Of a DNA stretch of 64,000 bases, positions 55,811-64,000 are shown piece after piece. The stretch lies in assembly GCA_965224245.1 (NCBI GenBank), contig OZ245046.1, positions 32,001 to 96,000 on the forward strand, written 5' to 3'. The notes under the pieces are model-generated. The model was not told the origin of the DNA. It did no database searches and saw only the letters and a list, made by a program, of their open reading frames with translations. Numbering within the stretch: the first letter of the stretch is position 1; each line of letters opens with the position of its first letter. Position numbers and translations under genes: made by a program. The DNA comes from Candidatus Eiseniibacteriota bacterium (GTDB taxonomy: Bacteria; Eisenbacteria; RBG-16-71-46; CAZAMP01).

Positions 55811-56491
55811 TCAACGTCGCTCGGCGGCCTGATCGACGTCGAAGCCGACCACGACGGGATGGAGCTCGCGAGGATAGCCCGCACGCTCGAAGGCATACAG
55901 GACGCCCGAGATCCGTGGCACCGAGAATGGCCAGGGATCGACGATCACCTCGCCGGCCGCCCGGACCTCGTAGCTGACCTCGACCGCGGCCGCAGCTGGA
56001 CCGTAGCGACTGAACACCTCGCGGGCGCGCTGACGGGGTGACTCGAAGCAGAGGTCGAAGGACACGAGATCGCAGAAGTTGGTGATGCGATCCGCCTGCT
56101 GGTAGCTCGCGAGTGTGAAGGGACTCTCGCGCAGGCGGCGGCTCACGATCTCGTCCACCTGCGCCATCAGCGTCTGCGACTCCGGATCCGGCCCCGAGAG
56201 CAATCGACGCAGGTGCAGCTTGGCGACGATGTCCGTGGTCGGGTCATCAAATCGTGTCGACACGCCCTTGCGCATGACCGCCAGCCACTCGTCGTCGGAG
56301 CTCTCGCCGATGGACAGATCGTCCAGCGGCCCGTATGCCCAGTCGTGGAGCGTCACGCCGGCCACGAACGCATCGAAGTCGAGATCGGGCCGGTCGAACG
56401 TCTCGTTTCCCCAGAGCCGGGCCAGGGTCCCCGAGAGGCGTGCATGCTCGTACTGGGTGAAGATGATCGGTCTGGTCTTGGACTTGAACAT
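55811..56491 (-). CDS. DUF3891 family protein
   Basis: ITQ-like FTQYEHARLSG..WGNETF..HDWAY, CDLVSFDLC, VDPWPF. Confidence 0.78.
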   Translation of the reverse strand: MFKSKTRPIIFTQYEHARLSGTLARLWGNETFDRPDLDFDAFVAGVTLHDWAYGPLDDLSIGESSDDEWLAVMRKGVSTRFDDPTTDIVAKLHLRRLLSGPDPESQTLMAQVDEIVSRRLRESPFTLASYQQADRITNFCDLVSFDLCFESPRQRAREVFSRYGPAAAAVEVSYEVRAAGEVIVDPWPFSVPRISGVLYAFERAGYPRELHPVVVGFDVDQAAERR

Positions 56492-56892
56492 GTCGACGAG
56501 CCGGGCCTGTTCTTCGGATCACTCACACGGACGATCGAGTGGGATGATAGGCGACGACGTCGAGGCTGCGCAGCGGAATCCAGGCCGCCGCGCGTGCCGA
56601 GAGAGTGCCCGAGCGGCATGCGCCCCGAGCGCGAGCTTGCCTCGACCGAGTCACAACCGACTGGAACACATGGACTTCGTGGTGCGGTCACTCAACCGGT
56701 CCGACCAGCCCCCTGATCCAGGTCTTGATCGTCTGGCTCAACCAGCGGCGACGGGGGGAGAGCGACCACCTCAGGATATACGGTATTCCGCGCCGGACGA
56801 CTTGCGCGCCGCCGACCTCGGCGAGTAGCGTTGTGGCAACTCCCTTCCGTGTCGATGGACGAGTTGCTGCGAACGTCCGGAGGCAAGGCAAC

Positions 56893-58383
56893 GTGAAACC
56901 GACTCACGATCATCGGGAGCCGAGGATCGGTCGTGCGGCCGCGATGGGGTGCGTCCTCGCCGTCGCGACTCTGACCACTTCTCCCGACATGTCCAGCTCC
57001 GCCGTCATCCACGTGGACGGTGACGCGACCGACCCGATCGAAGACGGCTCGAGCTGGTGCAAGGCGTATCGGTCTCTCTCCGATGCATTGAACGCCGCCG
57101 CTCCCGGAGACGAGGTGCGAGTGGCGAACGGTACGCACCGTCCCGATCCAGCCGGGCTGGTCGATCCGCGCGCGGCGACGTTCACCCTGCTGGACGATGT
57201 CGTCCTCGTGGGCGGATACGCCGGATGCGGTGCGACCGAGCCCGATCAGCGCGACATTCGACTCTTCGAGAGCGTCCTCTCCGGCGACCTCGGCGCGGCC
57301 GGCGACCCCTCCGACAATGCCTACAACGTGCTCACCGCGAGCGGCGCCGACGGAGCGCGGGTCGACGGCTGCACCGTCGCCGAGGGGAATGCCGACGCCT
57401 GTCCCGACGTCTGTGCTCCGCACGATCGGGGCGGCGGCGCATCGATCACCTTCGGTGACCTGACGTTCGAGCGATGCACGTTCCGCCACAACGTCGCGAA
57501 TCGTGGCGGAGCCATCCATGTCGACAGCGGCACCCTCACGCTGCACGCCTGTGCATTCGTCGAGAACGAGTCTCTGCGTGAGGGCGGTGCGATCTTCGAG
57601 TTCAACATCGACATGATCGCCGAATCGTGCCTCTTTCACGACAACACCGCGGCATCCGACGGCGGTGCGATCTTCTCCGACTTGGGACTCGTCACGTTGA
57701 CGAACGTCACCGTGGTTGCAAACACGTCGTCTTCGCGCGGAGGCGGGATCTACAACTACGTCGGCGTGGAGATGCGGATCACCAACGCGATCTTCTGGGA
57801 CAACGAGGACCTGAGCGGGGTAACCGAGGACGCGCAGCTCTTCAACAACCCCAGCAATCCTCTGACCGTGAACTACTCGTGCGTCGAAGGGTGGAGTGGA
57901 ATACACGGGGGCACCGGGAACATGGGGGCCGATCCCGAGTTCCTCGATCCGACCGGTGGCGACCTGCACCTGGTCGGATCCTCGCCGTGCGTGAACGCCG
58001 GCGACAATTCGGCGGTCACGCTCGCGTTCGATCTCGACGGTGAGGCTCGCATCGTCGATGACGTGGTCGACCTCGGCGCCTACGAGTATCGAGCGGTGCT
58101 CGGCGTCGGTAGCCCGGGCCCGCCACCGCCGGTGGCCATCACGGTGCGGCCGCATCCCATTCGCCACCGGACCACGATCGGGCTGGCCGTGCCATCGACT
58201 CACGTGGACGTGTTCGACGTGACCGGGCGAAAGGTGATGTCGATCGATACCGCTCGTCGGTCCGAGGTCATCTGGGATCGCCGCGATCACCGCGGACGCG
58301 ACGTCGCGCCAGGCGTGTACGTGCTCCGCGCGCACGACGGAACGACGACGAGCGGATTGAGGACGATCGTCGTTACGCAATGA
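56893..58383 (+). CDS. secreted beta-helix (GGAI repeat, choice-of-anchor-Q-like) protein with FlgD/T9SS-like C-terminal domain
   Basis: GTG after GGAGG; DGSSWCKAYRSL, GGAI repeats, SPCVNAG..DLDGEARIVDDVVDLGAYE, FDVTGR..WDRRD..PGVY. Confidence 0.88.
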   Translation: MKPTHDHREPRIGRAAAMGCVLAVATLTTSPDMSSSAVIHVDGDATDPIEDGSSWCKAYRSLSDALNAAAPGDEVRVANGTHRPDPAGLVDPRAATFTLLDDVVLVGGYAGCGATEPDQRDIRLFESVLSGDLGAAGDPSDNAYNVLTASGADGARVDGCTVAEGNADACPDVCAPHDRGGGASITFGDLTFERCTFRHNVANRGGAIHVDSGTLTLHACAFVENESLREGGAIFEFNIDMIAESCLFHDNTAASDGGAIFSDLGLVTLTNVTVVANTSSSRGGGIYNYVGVEMRITNAIFWDNEDLSGVTEDAQLFNNPSNPLTVNYSCVEGWSGIHGGTGNMGADPEFLDPTGGDLHLVGSSPCVNAGDNSAVTLAFDLDGEARIVDDVVDLGAYEYRAVLGVGSPGPPPPVAITVRPHPIRHRTTIGLAVPSTHVDVFDVTGRKVMSIDTARRSEVIWDRRDHRGRDVAPGVYVLRAHDGTTTSGLRTIVVTQ

Positions 58384-58538
58384 GCTCCCCCCTCGGGGCC
58401 GTGGGATGTTGCGCCGGGCAGGCATGACTCCCGGTGGGTGGGCGACTAGCAAAGACCCTATGTCTCTCCACCCAGAGGCGATTCGACCCTTCCAGCTGAT
58501 ACCCTGTCGGCGGACCGGCACCGAGGCCGCACATCACC

Positions 58539-61500
58539 ATGTCCGCTGACATCCCCCCAGCGGAGGACGCGCTCGTGCACCCGGATCGCCTCGTTCGCCT
58601 GAAGACGGTGCTCACTCATGCGAGGAGCCTCCCGGACGCCGAACGCCGCGTGTTTCTGGAGGTCGCGTCGCGGGACGAGCCCGAGATCGCTCGAGACGTC
58701 GACGTGCTGCTGGCGCACGACGTCGATCCCGACGACATCCGCCTCTTGCTGCCCTTCCTTCGTGGTACCTCGACGCGTCCGGACAGTCTCCCTCCCGACG
58801 CGCACAACGCCCGGGTCTACCGGCTCTTCGACGAGGTGGTCTCGCTCGAGGGCGCCGAGCGTGAGAGCCATCTCGAGCACGAATGCTCCGATGAGCCGGA
58901 CGTACGCCGCGAGGTCGAGAAGCTCCTGGCGCTTGCCGTGGAGACGGCGGACCTACCCGTTCGCCCACTGGTGGAGCAGACTGCGGGCACGCCGACGGGC
59001 GGCCGGCTGTCAGGTGCGGTCAGCGTCCCCGAGCAAGTCGGTCGGTACCGTGTCGTGGGTACGCTCGGTTCCGGCGGCATGGGCGTCGTGTACCTGGGTG
59101 AGGATGACACGCTCGGCCGGCAGGTTGCGATCAAGATGGTGCACGGTGTGTCCTCGGGGCAGGAGCGCGCGCTGCGGCGCTTCGAGAAGGAGGCACGCCT
59201 TCTCGCGAGCCTCAATCATCCGAACATCGCGACGCTCTACTCGCTGGAGAGAGAGCCACCCCACGTGTTTCTCACGATGGAGGTGATCGAGGGGTGTTCG
59301 CTCGCCGAGCGATTGCAGGATGGTCCTCTTCGGATCGACGAGGCGCTCGCCGTCGGGCGAGAGCTGGCACTCGCGATCGAAGCGGCACATGCACGCGCGA
59401 TCGTACACCGGGATCTGAAGCCTTCGAACGTGATGCTGACCACCGCGGGTACGGTGAAGGTGCTGGATTTCGGTCTGGCCAAGCTCGCCGAGGTGGCCGA
59501 CGCCGTCGCGTCTTCCGGCGAGACGGGTGCCTCGATGCCCGGCGGAGCCACGGAAGTAACGCTGACCCGCGTGGCCGGTACCCCCGGCTACATGAGCCCC
59601 GAGCAGGTGCGCGGCGAGAGCGCGGACCATCGCGCCGACATCTGGGCATACGGCTGTCTCCTCTACGAGATCCTGACCGGCAACCGAGTGTTCGGTGGGA
59701 GCACGGCGGACGCGCGACTTCATGCCACGCTCGCGCTCGATCCCGACCTGGAGAGACTCCCGAAGGACGTCCCTACCGCGATCCGTGAGCTCGTGGCTTC
59801 CTGCCTGCAGAAGGACATCACGACTCGACTCGGATCGATCGTCGAGGCTCGTCGCGTGATCACGCGGACCATCGAGGCGCGCAAGCGATCCACCACGACC
59901 CGGAGGATGCGCGTTCTCTGGACCGTGACCGCGTTGCTGGTGGTAGCCGTCGTCTCGCTCCTCCTGGTTCGCGGCACAGCCGTCGACGAGGGACCCGTCG
60001 CAACACAGCTCACGCGTCGCCCGGCGGACGTGTACATCAACCATGCGGAGATCTCGCCAGATGGTCGCTCGGTGCTGATTTGTGAGTCAGGACGACCCGT
60101 TCTCTTGCAGGACATCGAGACGCAGGTGATGAGGGAGCTTCTGCTTCCCGAGGGAACGCGATCGTCAGGAACCATCGCGATCTGGCATCCGACCCGCGAC
60201 GTCGTGTTGACGCCTCTCTGGAAAGACACCGAGTACGACATGTGGTTCGTATCGCCGAGTGGCGGCGGAGAGCTGGCGTTTCCGGAGCTCGACCGCCAGT
60301 CGATCGGGGGCTCGTGGTCTCCGATGCTGGACCTCGCGATGTCGCCGGATGGACGGCTTCTGCTCAACAAGGGTCCGGGACACGGTACGTGGATCATCGT
60401 GCCCGGTGAGACGGCTGCCCGGCAGATCCTACCCGGCGTGAGCCTGGCGTCAGCCACCTGGAGTCCGACGGGCCAGGTCATTGCCTTCAAGGAGTCGGCG
60501 TCCGGGGTCAGCGTGGTCACGATGGACGCGGACGGAAACACGCATGTGATCATCGAGCCGTCCGACGGCCGTCTCGCGGCGGCGCACCTGAACATGGGCG
60601 AGCTGAGATCGCTTTTGTGGCTACCCGACGGTCGACTGATCTTCACACGAGCGATGGCTCCACCCGACGCGAAGAGTACGGAGCTGTGGTCGGTCGAGGT
60701 CGAACCCACGACGGGTGTCCGACTCGGAGATCCCGAACGGTTCGCGGGCTGGGTGCAGTGGGTCGCCGGGAATGTTACGAGCTCGCGTGCGGGGGACCGC
60801 CTCGCGCTGATCCGCAGGCGCACTGACGACGAGGTCCTCCGCATGGCGCTCGCCGAGGACGGCCGCTCCGCCGGTGAGCCGGTACGGGTGACGTTCGACT
60901 ACCGATCCGATCGCCCCGGAGTCTGGACGCTCGACGGGCGATACCTGTTTGCGTCGGAGCGATACGGAACGTATGACGTGCTGGCGACGACGGACGGTTC
61001 GACGGCGCCCCGGAAGCTCCTGACGGGTCCGGACGACGAACGCCCGATCTGCCTGACACCGACCGGTTCGCACGTTCTCGTCCGTGTCTCCGAGCCGGGG
61101 CGTCACTGGCTTTCGTCGGGCACCAGCATGCTGCTTCGCGTGCCGCTGAGCGGGGACCAGGAACCGAGCCCCGTCATGACGCTCGATCCCAACGAGGAGA
61201 TCGCGTGTGCGACCGACCCGGACGGATCGTGTGTGCTGATGAGGTTCAGAGATGCCGAGGTCGCGTTCCACCGGCTCGACGATTCGTGGCAGCCGGATCG
61301 CGTACTCGGCCGCACGGACATCGACGAGCTGCAGGGCTGGTTTGGATTCGACTGGGCGCTGTCGCCGGACGGACACGAGATCGCGGTCGTCTACCAGGAC
61401 GGACGCGCGCGATTCCTCGACGTCGCCTCGGGAACCTGGCGAGAAGTGAGAGCCAGCAGAAGGGGCTGGGACCACATCACGTATGCGAACGACGGGGAGA

Positions 61501-61694
61501 GCCTCTACATCACGCGATGGAGCAGCCGTGCGCCGACGATCGACCGCCTCTGGCACGACGGCACGTGGGAGACGGTATGGGACAACCACTACGGGCATTG
61601 GATGTCTGCACCGCAGGTGTCTCCCGAGGGTGACGAGCTGAGGTTTGGCATCAGGTTCAACGATGGCGACGTCTGGATGCTCGAGAAGTTCTGA
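58539..61694 (+). CDS. Ser/Thr kinase with TM helix and beta-propeller sensor; duplicated N-terminal helical module
   Basis: GSGGMGVVY, HRDLKPSN, DFG, GTPGYMSPEQ; SPDG repeats. Confidence 0.92.
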   Translation: MSADIPPAEDALVHPDRLVRLKTVLTHARSLPDAERRVFLEVASRDEPEIARDVDVLLAHDVDPDDIRLLLPFLRGTSTRPDSLPPDAHNARVYRLFDEVVSLEGAERESHLEHECSDEPDVRREVEKLLALAVETADLPVRPLVEQTAGTPTGGRLSGAVSVPEQVGRYRVVGTLGSGGMGVVYLGEDDTLGRQVAIKMVHGVSSGQERALRRFEKEARLLASLNHPNIATLYSLEREPPHVFLTMEVIEGCSLAERLQDGPLRIDEALAVGRELALAIEAAHARAIVHRDLKPSNVMLTTAGTVKVLDFGLAKLAEVADAVASSGETGASMPGGATEVTLTRVAGTPGYMSPEQVRGESADHRADIWAYGCLLYEILTGNRVFGGSTADARLHATLALDPDLERLPKDVPTAIRELVASCLQKDITTRLGSIVEARRVITRTIEARKRSTTTRRMRVLWTVTALLVVAVVSLLLVRGTAVDEGPVATQLTRRPADVYINHAEISPDGRSVLICESGRPVLLQDIETQVMRELLLPEGTRSSGTIAIWHPTRDVVLTPLWKDTEYDMWFVSPSGGGELAFPELDRQSIGGSWSPMLDLAMSPDGRLLLNKGPGHGTWIIVPGETAARQILPGVSLASATWSPTGQVIAFKESASGVSVVTMDADGNTHVIIEPSDGRLAAAHLNMGELRSLLWLPDGRLIFTRAMAPPDAKSTELWSVEVEPTTGVRLGDPERFAGWVQWVAGNVTSSRAGDRLALIRRRTDDEVLRMALAEDGRSAGEPVRVTFDYRSDRPGVWTLDGRYLFASERYGTYDVLATTDGSTAPRKLLTGPDDERPICLTPTGSHVLVRVSEPGRHWLSSGTSMLLRVPLSGDQEPSPVMTLDPNEEIACATDPDGSCVLMRFRDAEVAFHRLDDSWQPDRVLGRTDIDELQGWFGFDWALSPDGHEIAVVYQDGRARFLDVASGTWREVRASRRGWDHITYANDGESLYITRWSSRAPTIDRLWHDGTWETVWDNHYGHWMSAPQVSPEGDELRFGIRFNDGDVWMLEKF

Positions 61695-61712
61695 CCACCC
61701 GCGGGGGGGAAC

Positions 61713-62285
61713 ATGGCCGACAGGGACATTCCGATCACGCAGCTGCTGAACCGCGCGGGAGGGGGGGACGAGAAGGCCGCCGCGCTCGTTCTCTCCGAGC
61801 TGTACGAGAAGCTGAGAGGCCTGGCCAGGGCTCAGCGCGCTCGCTTGCGTCCCGGCGAGACGATGGACACCACAGCCCTCGTGCACGAAGCATATGTCCG
61901 GCTGGTCGATCGACGCACGGTGTCCTGGAACGGGCGACATCACTTCTACTGCACGGTTGCCCGGTCGATGCGGGATCTTCTCGTGGAGGAGGCACGACGG
62001 AAGCGGTCGCTCAAGCGTGGTGGCGATCAGCAGCGGGTCACGTTGCGCGACATCGCGGCCGTCGTAGATGCGGCTCCCGAGCGCGTGCTGGCGCTGGAAC
62101 AGGTGCTTCAGCGGCTCGAGCGCGATCATCCGGACAAGTACCAGGTCGTCATGTTGCGCTACTTCACCGGTCTCACCGTCCCGGAGATCGCGGAGGTTCT
62201 CGACATATCCGTGAGCAGCGTCGAGCGGCGCTGGCGCTTCTGCCGCTCGTGGCTGTTCCGGGAGCTGGGAGAGAGTGACGCCTGA
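61713..62285 (+). CDS. ECF sigma factor, kinase-associated type (ECF43/TIGR02999-like)
   Basis: ITQLL, ETMDTTALVHEAYVRL, KRGG, VERRWRFCRSWL. Confidence 0.92.
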   Translation: MADRDIPITQLLNRAGGGDEKAAALVLSELYEKLRGLARAQRARLRPGETMDTTALVHEAYVRLVDRRTVSWNGRHHFYCTVARSMRDLLVEEARRKRSLKRGGDQQRVTLRDIAAVVDAAPERVLALEQVLQRLERDHPDKYQVVMLRYFTGLTVPEIAEVLDISVSSVERRWRFCRSWLFRELGESDA

Positions 62286-62344
62286 GAGGACCCGGCGCGC
62301 TCACGATACGTGCTTCGCGAGCGACCGCCGGGCCATGGGGGTTT

Positions 62345-62893
62345 CTATGACTGCATGTCGAAGGGATCCGGATGCAGTCGGCTTGCCTCGCCGCTGATTC
62401 CGAACGCTCGGATGTCGTGGGCGTCGGACGAGCCCGGAAGCGCCAGAGTGACGAACAGGCTCACGCCCTCGTCGGGATCGATCTCGACATCGACGTTCTG
62501 AACCACGACGTAGCGCACCTCCGGCTCGCTCTCCGATGCGAGGTCGATGTTCAGCTCGCCGCTCCAGACTCCTTCGTTGGGATTGACGAAGTGGACATCC
62601 AGCTCCACGAGATCGTCGTGCTCGTAGATGACCATGGTGATCTCCAGGCCCCCGCAGGGATCTCCCGAGTCGGGCGCAGTCGACGCTCGTGGAGAGGCCA
62701 GGAGCCCCTGGTACTCGGCGGCCGGCAGTCGCACGAGCTCGCAGGAGCGAACGATCGCGCGATGGCCGCCGAATGTGGCGTTCGAGTCCCGTTCGTCGAC
62801 GCGGGGAGCGAGACTCGTCTGGGAGCAAGCGGTCGTCAGCAAGAGTGCCAGCGCGACACTCGTGGCCAGCGCGTTCACACGACGGGTACGCAT
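62345..62893 (-). CDS. hypothetical lipoprotein
   Basis: RBS GAGGAG; leader ending LTTA-C; acidic beta-rich body. Confidence 0.7.
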   Translation of the reverse strand: MRTRRVNALATSVALALLLTTACSQTSLAPRVDERDSNATFGGHRAIVRSCELVRLPAAEYQGLLASPRASTAPDSGDPCGGLEITMVIYEHDDLVELDVHFVNPNEGVWSGELNIDLASESEPEVRYVVVQNVDVEIDPDEGVSLFVTLALPGSSDAHDIRAFGISGEASRLHPDPFDMQS

Positions 62894-63278
62894 CCTGTGA
62901 CTCCTCGGTGGTCGTTGTCGTCCTGCCACCGGTGCTCGGCTGTCGGAGCGGACGGTGGGCCTTCTGTCTGGGGAGCTGAGAAAGGAGGGAGGAACCCTTC
63001 ACGTGCGACCGAAGAGCGATCGGCGGGCCTGCCCGACGCGACCGACCGAGGGACCGAACGCGTTTCCTGATGACGACTTAGGGGCGACGGCGACCGTGAT
63101 GTCGCCATTCCGAAGACGCATCTCGAGGTCACCGTGCCCCACGCGTGCAAAGCGCGGCAGTCGACCGACCGATGGAGGTGAGGGAAACTGCGAGCATGCC
63201 GTTCCCGTTCGTAGAATGGGCGTCGGGAGAAGCCGGGGAGGCTGCCATGACCGCCGGCACGAGGTAGACGGAGGAAAG

Positions 63279-64000
63279 GTGAAGTGGTCTTCAGGCCCCA
63301 GTAGTGCCGCCACCGGCCAGGCACTGTGCAAGGTGTGTCGGGTGGTGGGGATCGTGGAGAGGTGCCTCGCAGCAGCTGTGCTGCTCTGTATCGGAGCTCC
63401 GGCCTGGAGTGACCAGCCCGCTGGTCAGTCGGGCTCGGAGGCTCATTCCATGCCCGCTGTCCCGGACTCGACGGGGCTCCGAGGTGACGCGGCCCCGATC
63501 GCCGATGCCGAGGCGATGGTCGACGCCATGGGCGGAAAGGAGATCTGGGCCGGGCTCGGCAGCCTGACCTTCGTCCACGAGTGGTTTCCGTGGTACCGGG
63601 TCGACTCGTACGTGGAGACCGAGACGCTCGATCTCACCGGGCCCCGCTCACTGGCGGAGCGGAAGAGCGAGATCCACCATGCGGTCCGGGCCTACAGCCC
63701 CGAGGGCCGGCGCTGGAACCTGAGCGACGGCGAGCTCGCCTACGGTTCGGAGGAGGCACTCGAGCGCGATCTCGAACGCGCCCCCTTCAACTTCTACCGG
63801 CTCGTCAAGGGTGTCGCCGTGGGCGACCCCTTCTACGAGGTGCGGTATGGGGAAGGCGACATACCCGGAACGAAGCGGATCGAGTTCTACGATCCGGACG
63901 GAAACCTGGGGGGATGGGTCATCCTGAACGTGCGCCACGAGCCGGTCGTGAAGGCAACACCGGCCTACCGCTACACGCTGGGGCCACTCCGACGCTTCGG
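63279..64000 (+). CDS. secreted hypothetical protein (possibly LolA-like fold), runs off the right edge
   Basis: GTG after GGAGG; open frame to the window end: ...AAAVLLCIGAPAWS...AEAMVDAMGGKEIWAGLGSLTF...APFNFYRL. Not in the ORF track because it has no stop codon. Confidence 0.75.
   Translation, partial: MKWSSGPSSAATGQALCKVCRVVGIVERCLAAAVLLCIGAPAWSDQPAGQSGSEAHSMPAVPDSTGLRGDAAPIADAEAMVDAMGGKEIWAGLGSLTFVHEWFPWYRVDSYVETETLDLTGPRSLAERKSEIHHAVRAYSPEGRRWNLSDGELAYGSEEALERDLERAPFNFYRLVKGVAVGDPFYEVRYGEGDIPGTKRIEFYDPDGNLGGWVILNVRHEPVVKATPAYRYTLGPLRRF

Noticed and set aside
56605-56892. N-terminal extension of the 592-aa ORF and similar extensions on other ORF-track calls
   Set aside because: Better starts with RBS and signal peptide lie downstream; the extensions are low-complexity read-through.

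Overview
This 64-kb window is high-GC (roughly two-thirds by eye), bacterial and accessory in character, with no rRNA, tRNA, CRISPR array or transposase recognisable. Six intact secreted proteins end in a FlgD-Ig/T9SS-CTD-like domain and two end in a short 'E-x-[ST/VT]-W-x-x-I-K-x-x-[YF]-R-stop' tail. This points (by inference) to an FCB-related candidate phylum such as Eisenbacteria, Krumholzibacteriota or Latescibacterota. Recognisable systems are napDAB (periplasmic nitrate reductase) followed by an alginate-export-family porin, a BlaI repressor with a BlaR1/M56-serine-hydrolase fusion, two ECF sigma/Ser-Thr kinase pairs, a third kinase, and a mirror-image pair of XRE-HTH/STAND-ATPase/TPR regulators. 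Other genes are a UbiV/UbiU-like double-U32 fusion, a BBE-type FAD oxidase, S8, CLCA-like and DUF6345 peptidase-like proteins, and several frameshifted genes. The main unexplained signals are: (1) an 18-bp palindrome, ATGATGC-N4-GCATCAT, found four times, each time abutting a -35-like hexamer upstream of a + strand gene; (2) the short C-terminal tail, which seems interchangeable with the FlgD domain; (3) the duplicated STAND regulators with near-identical DNA-binding domains and promoters; (4) the U32 fusion. All family assignments come from motif recognition by eye, not from database searches.
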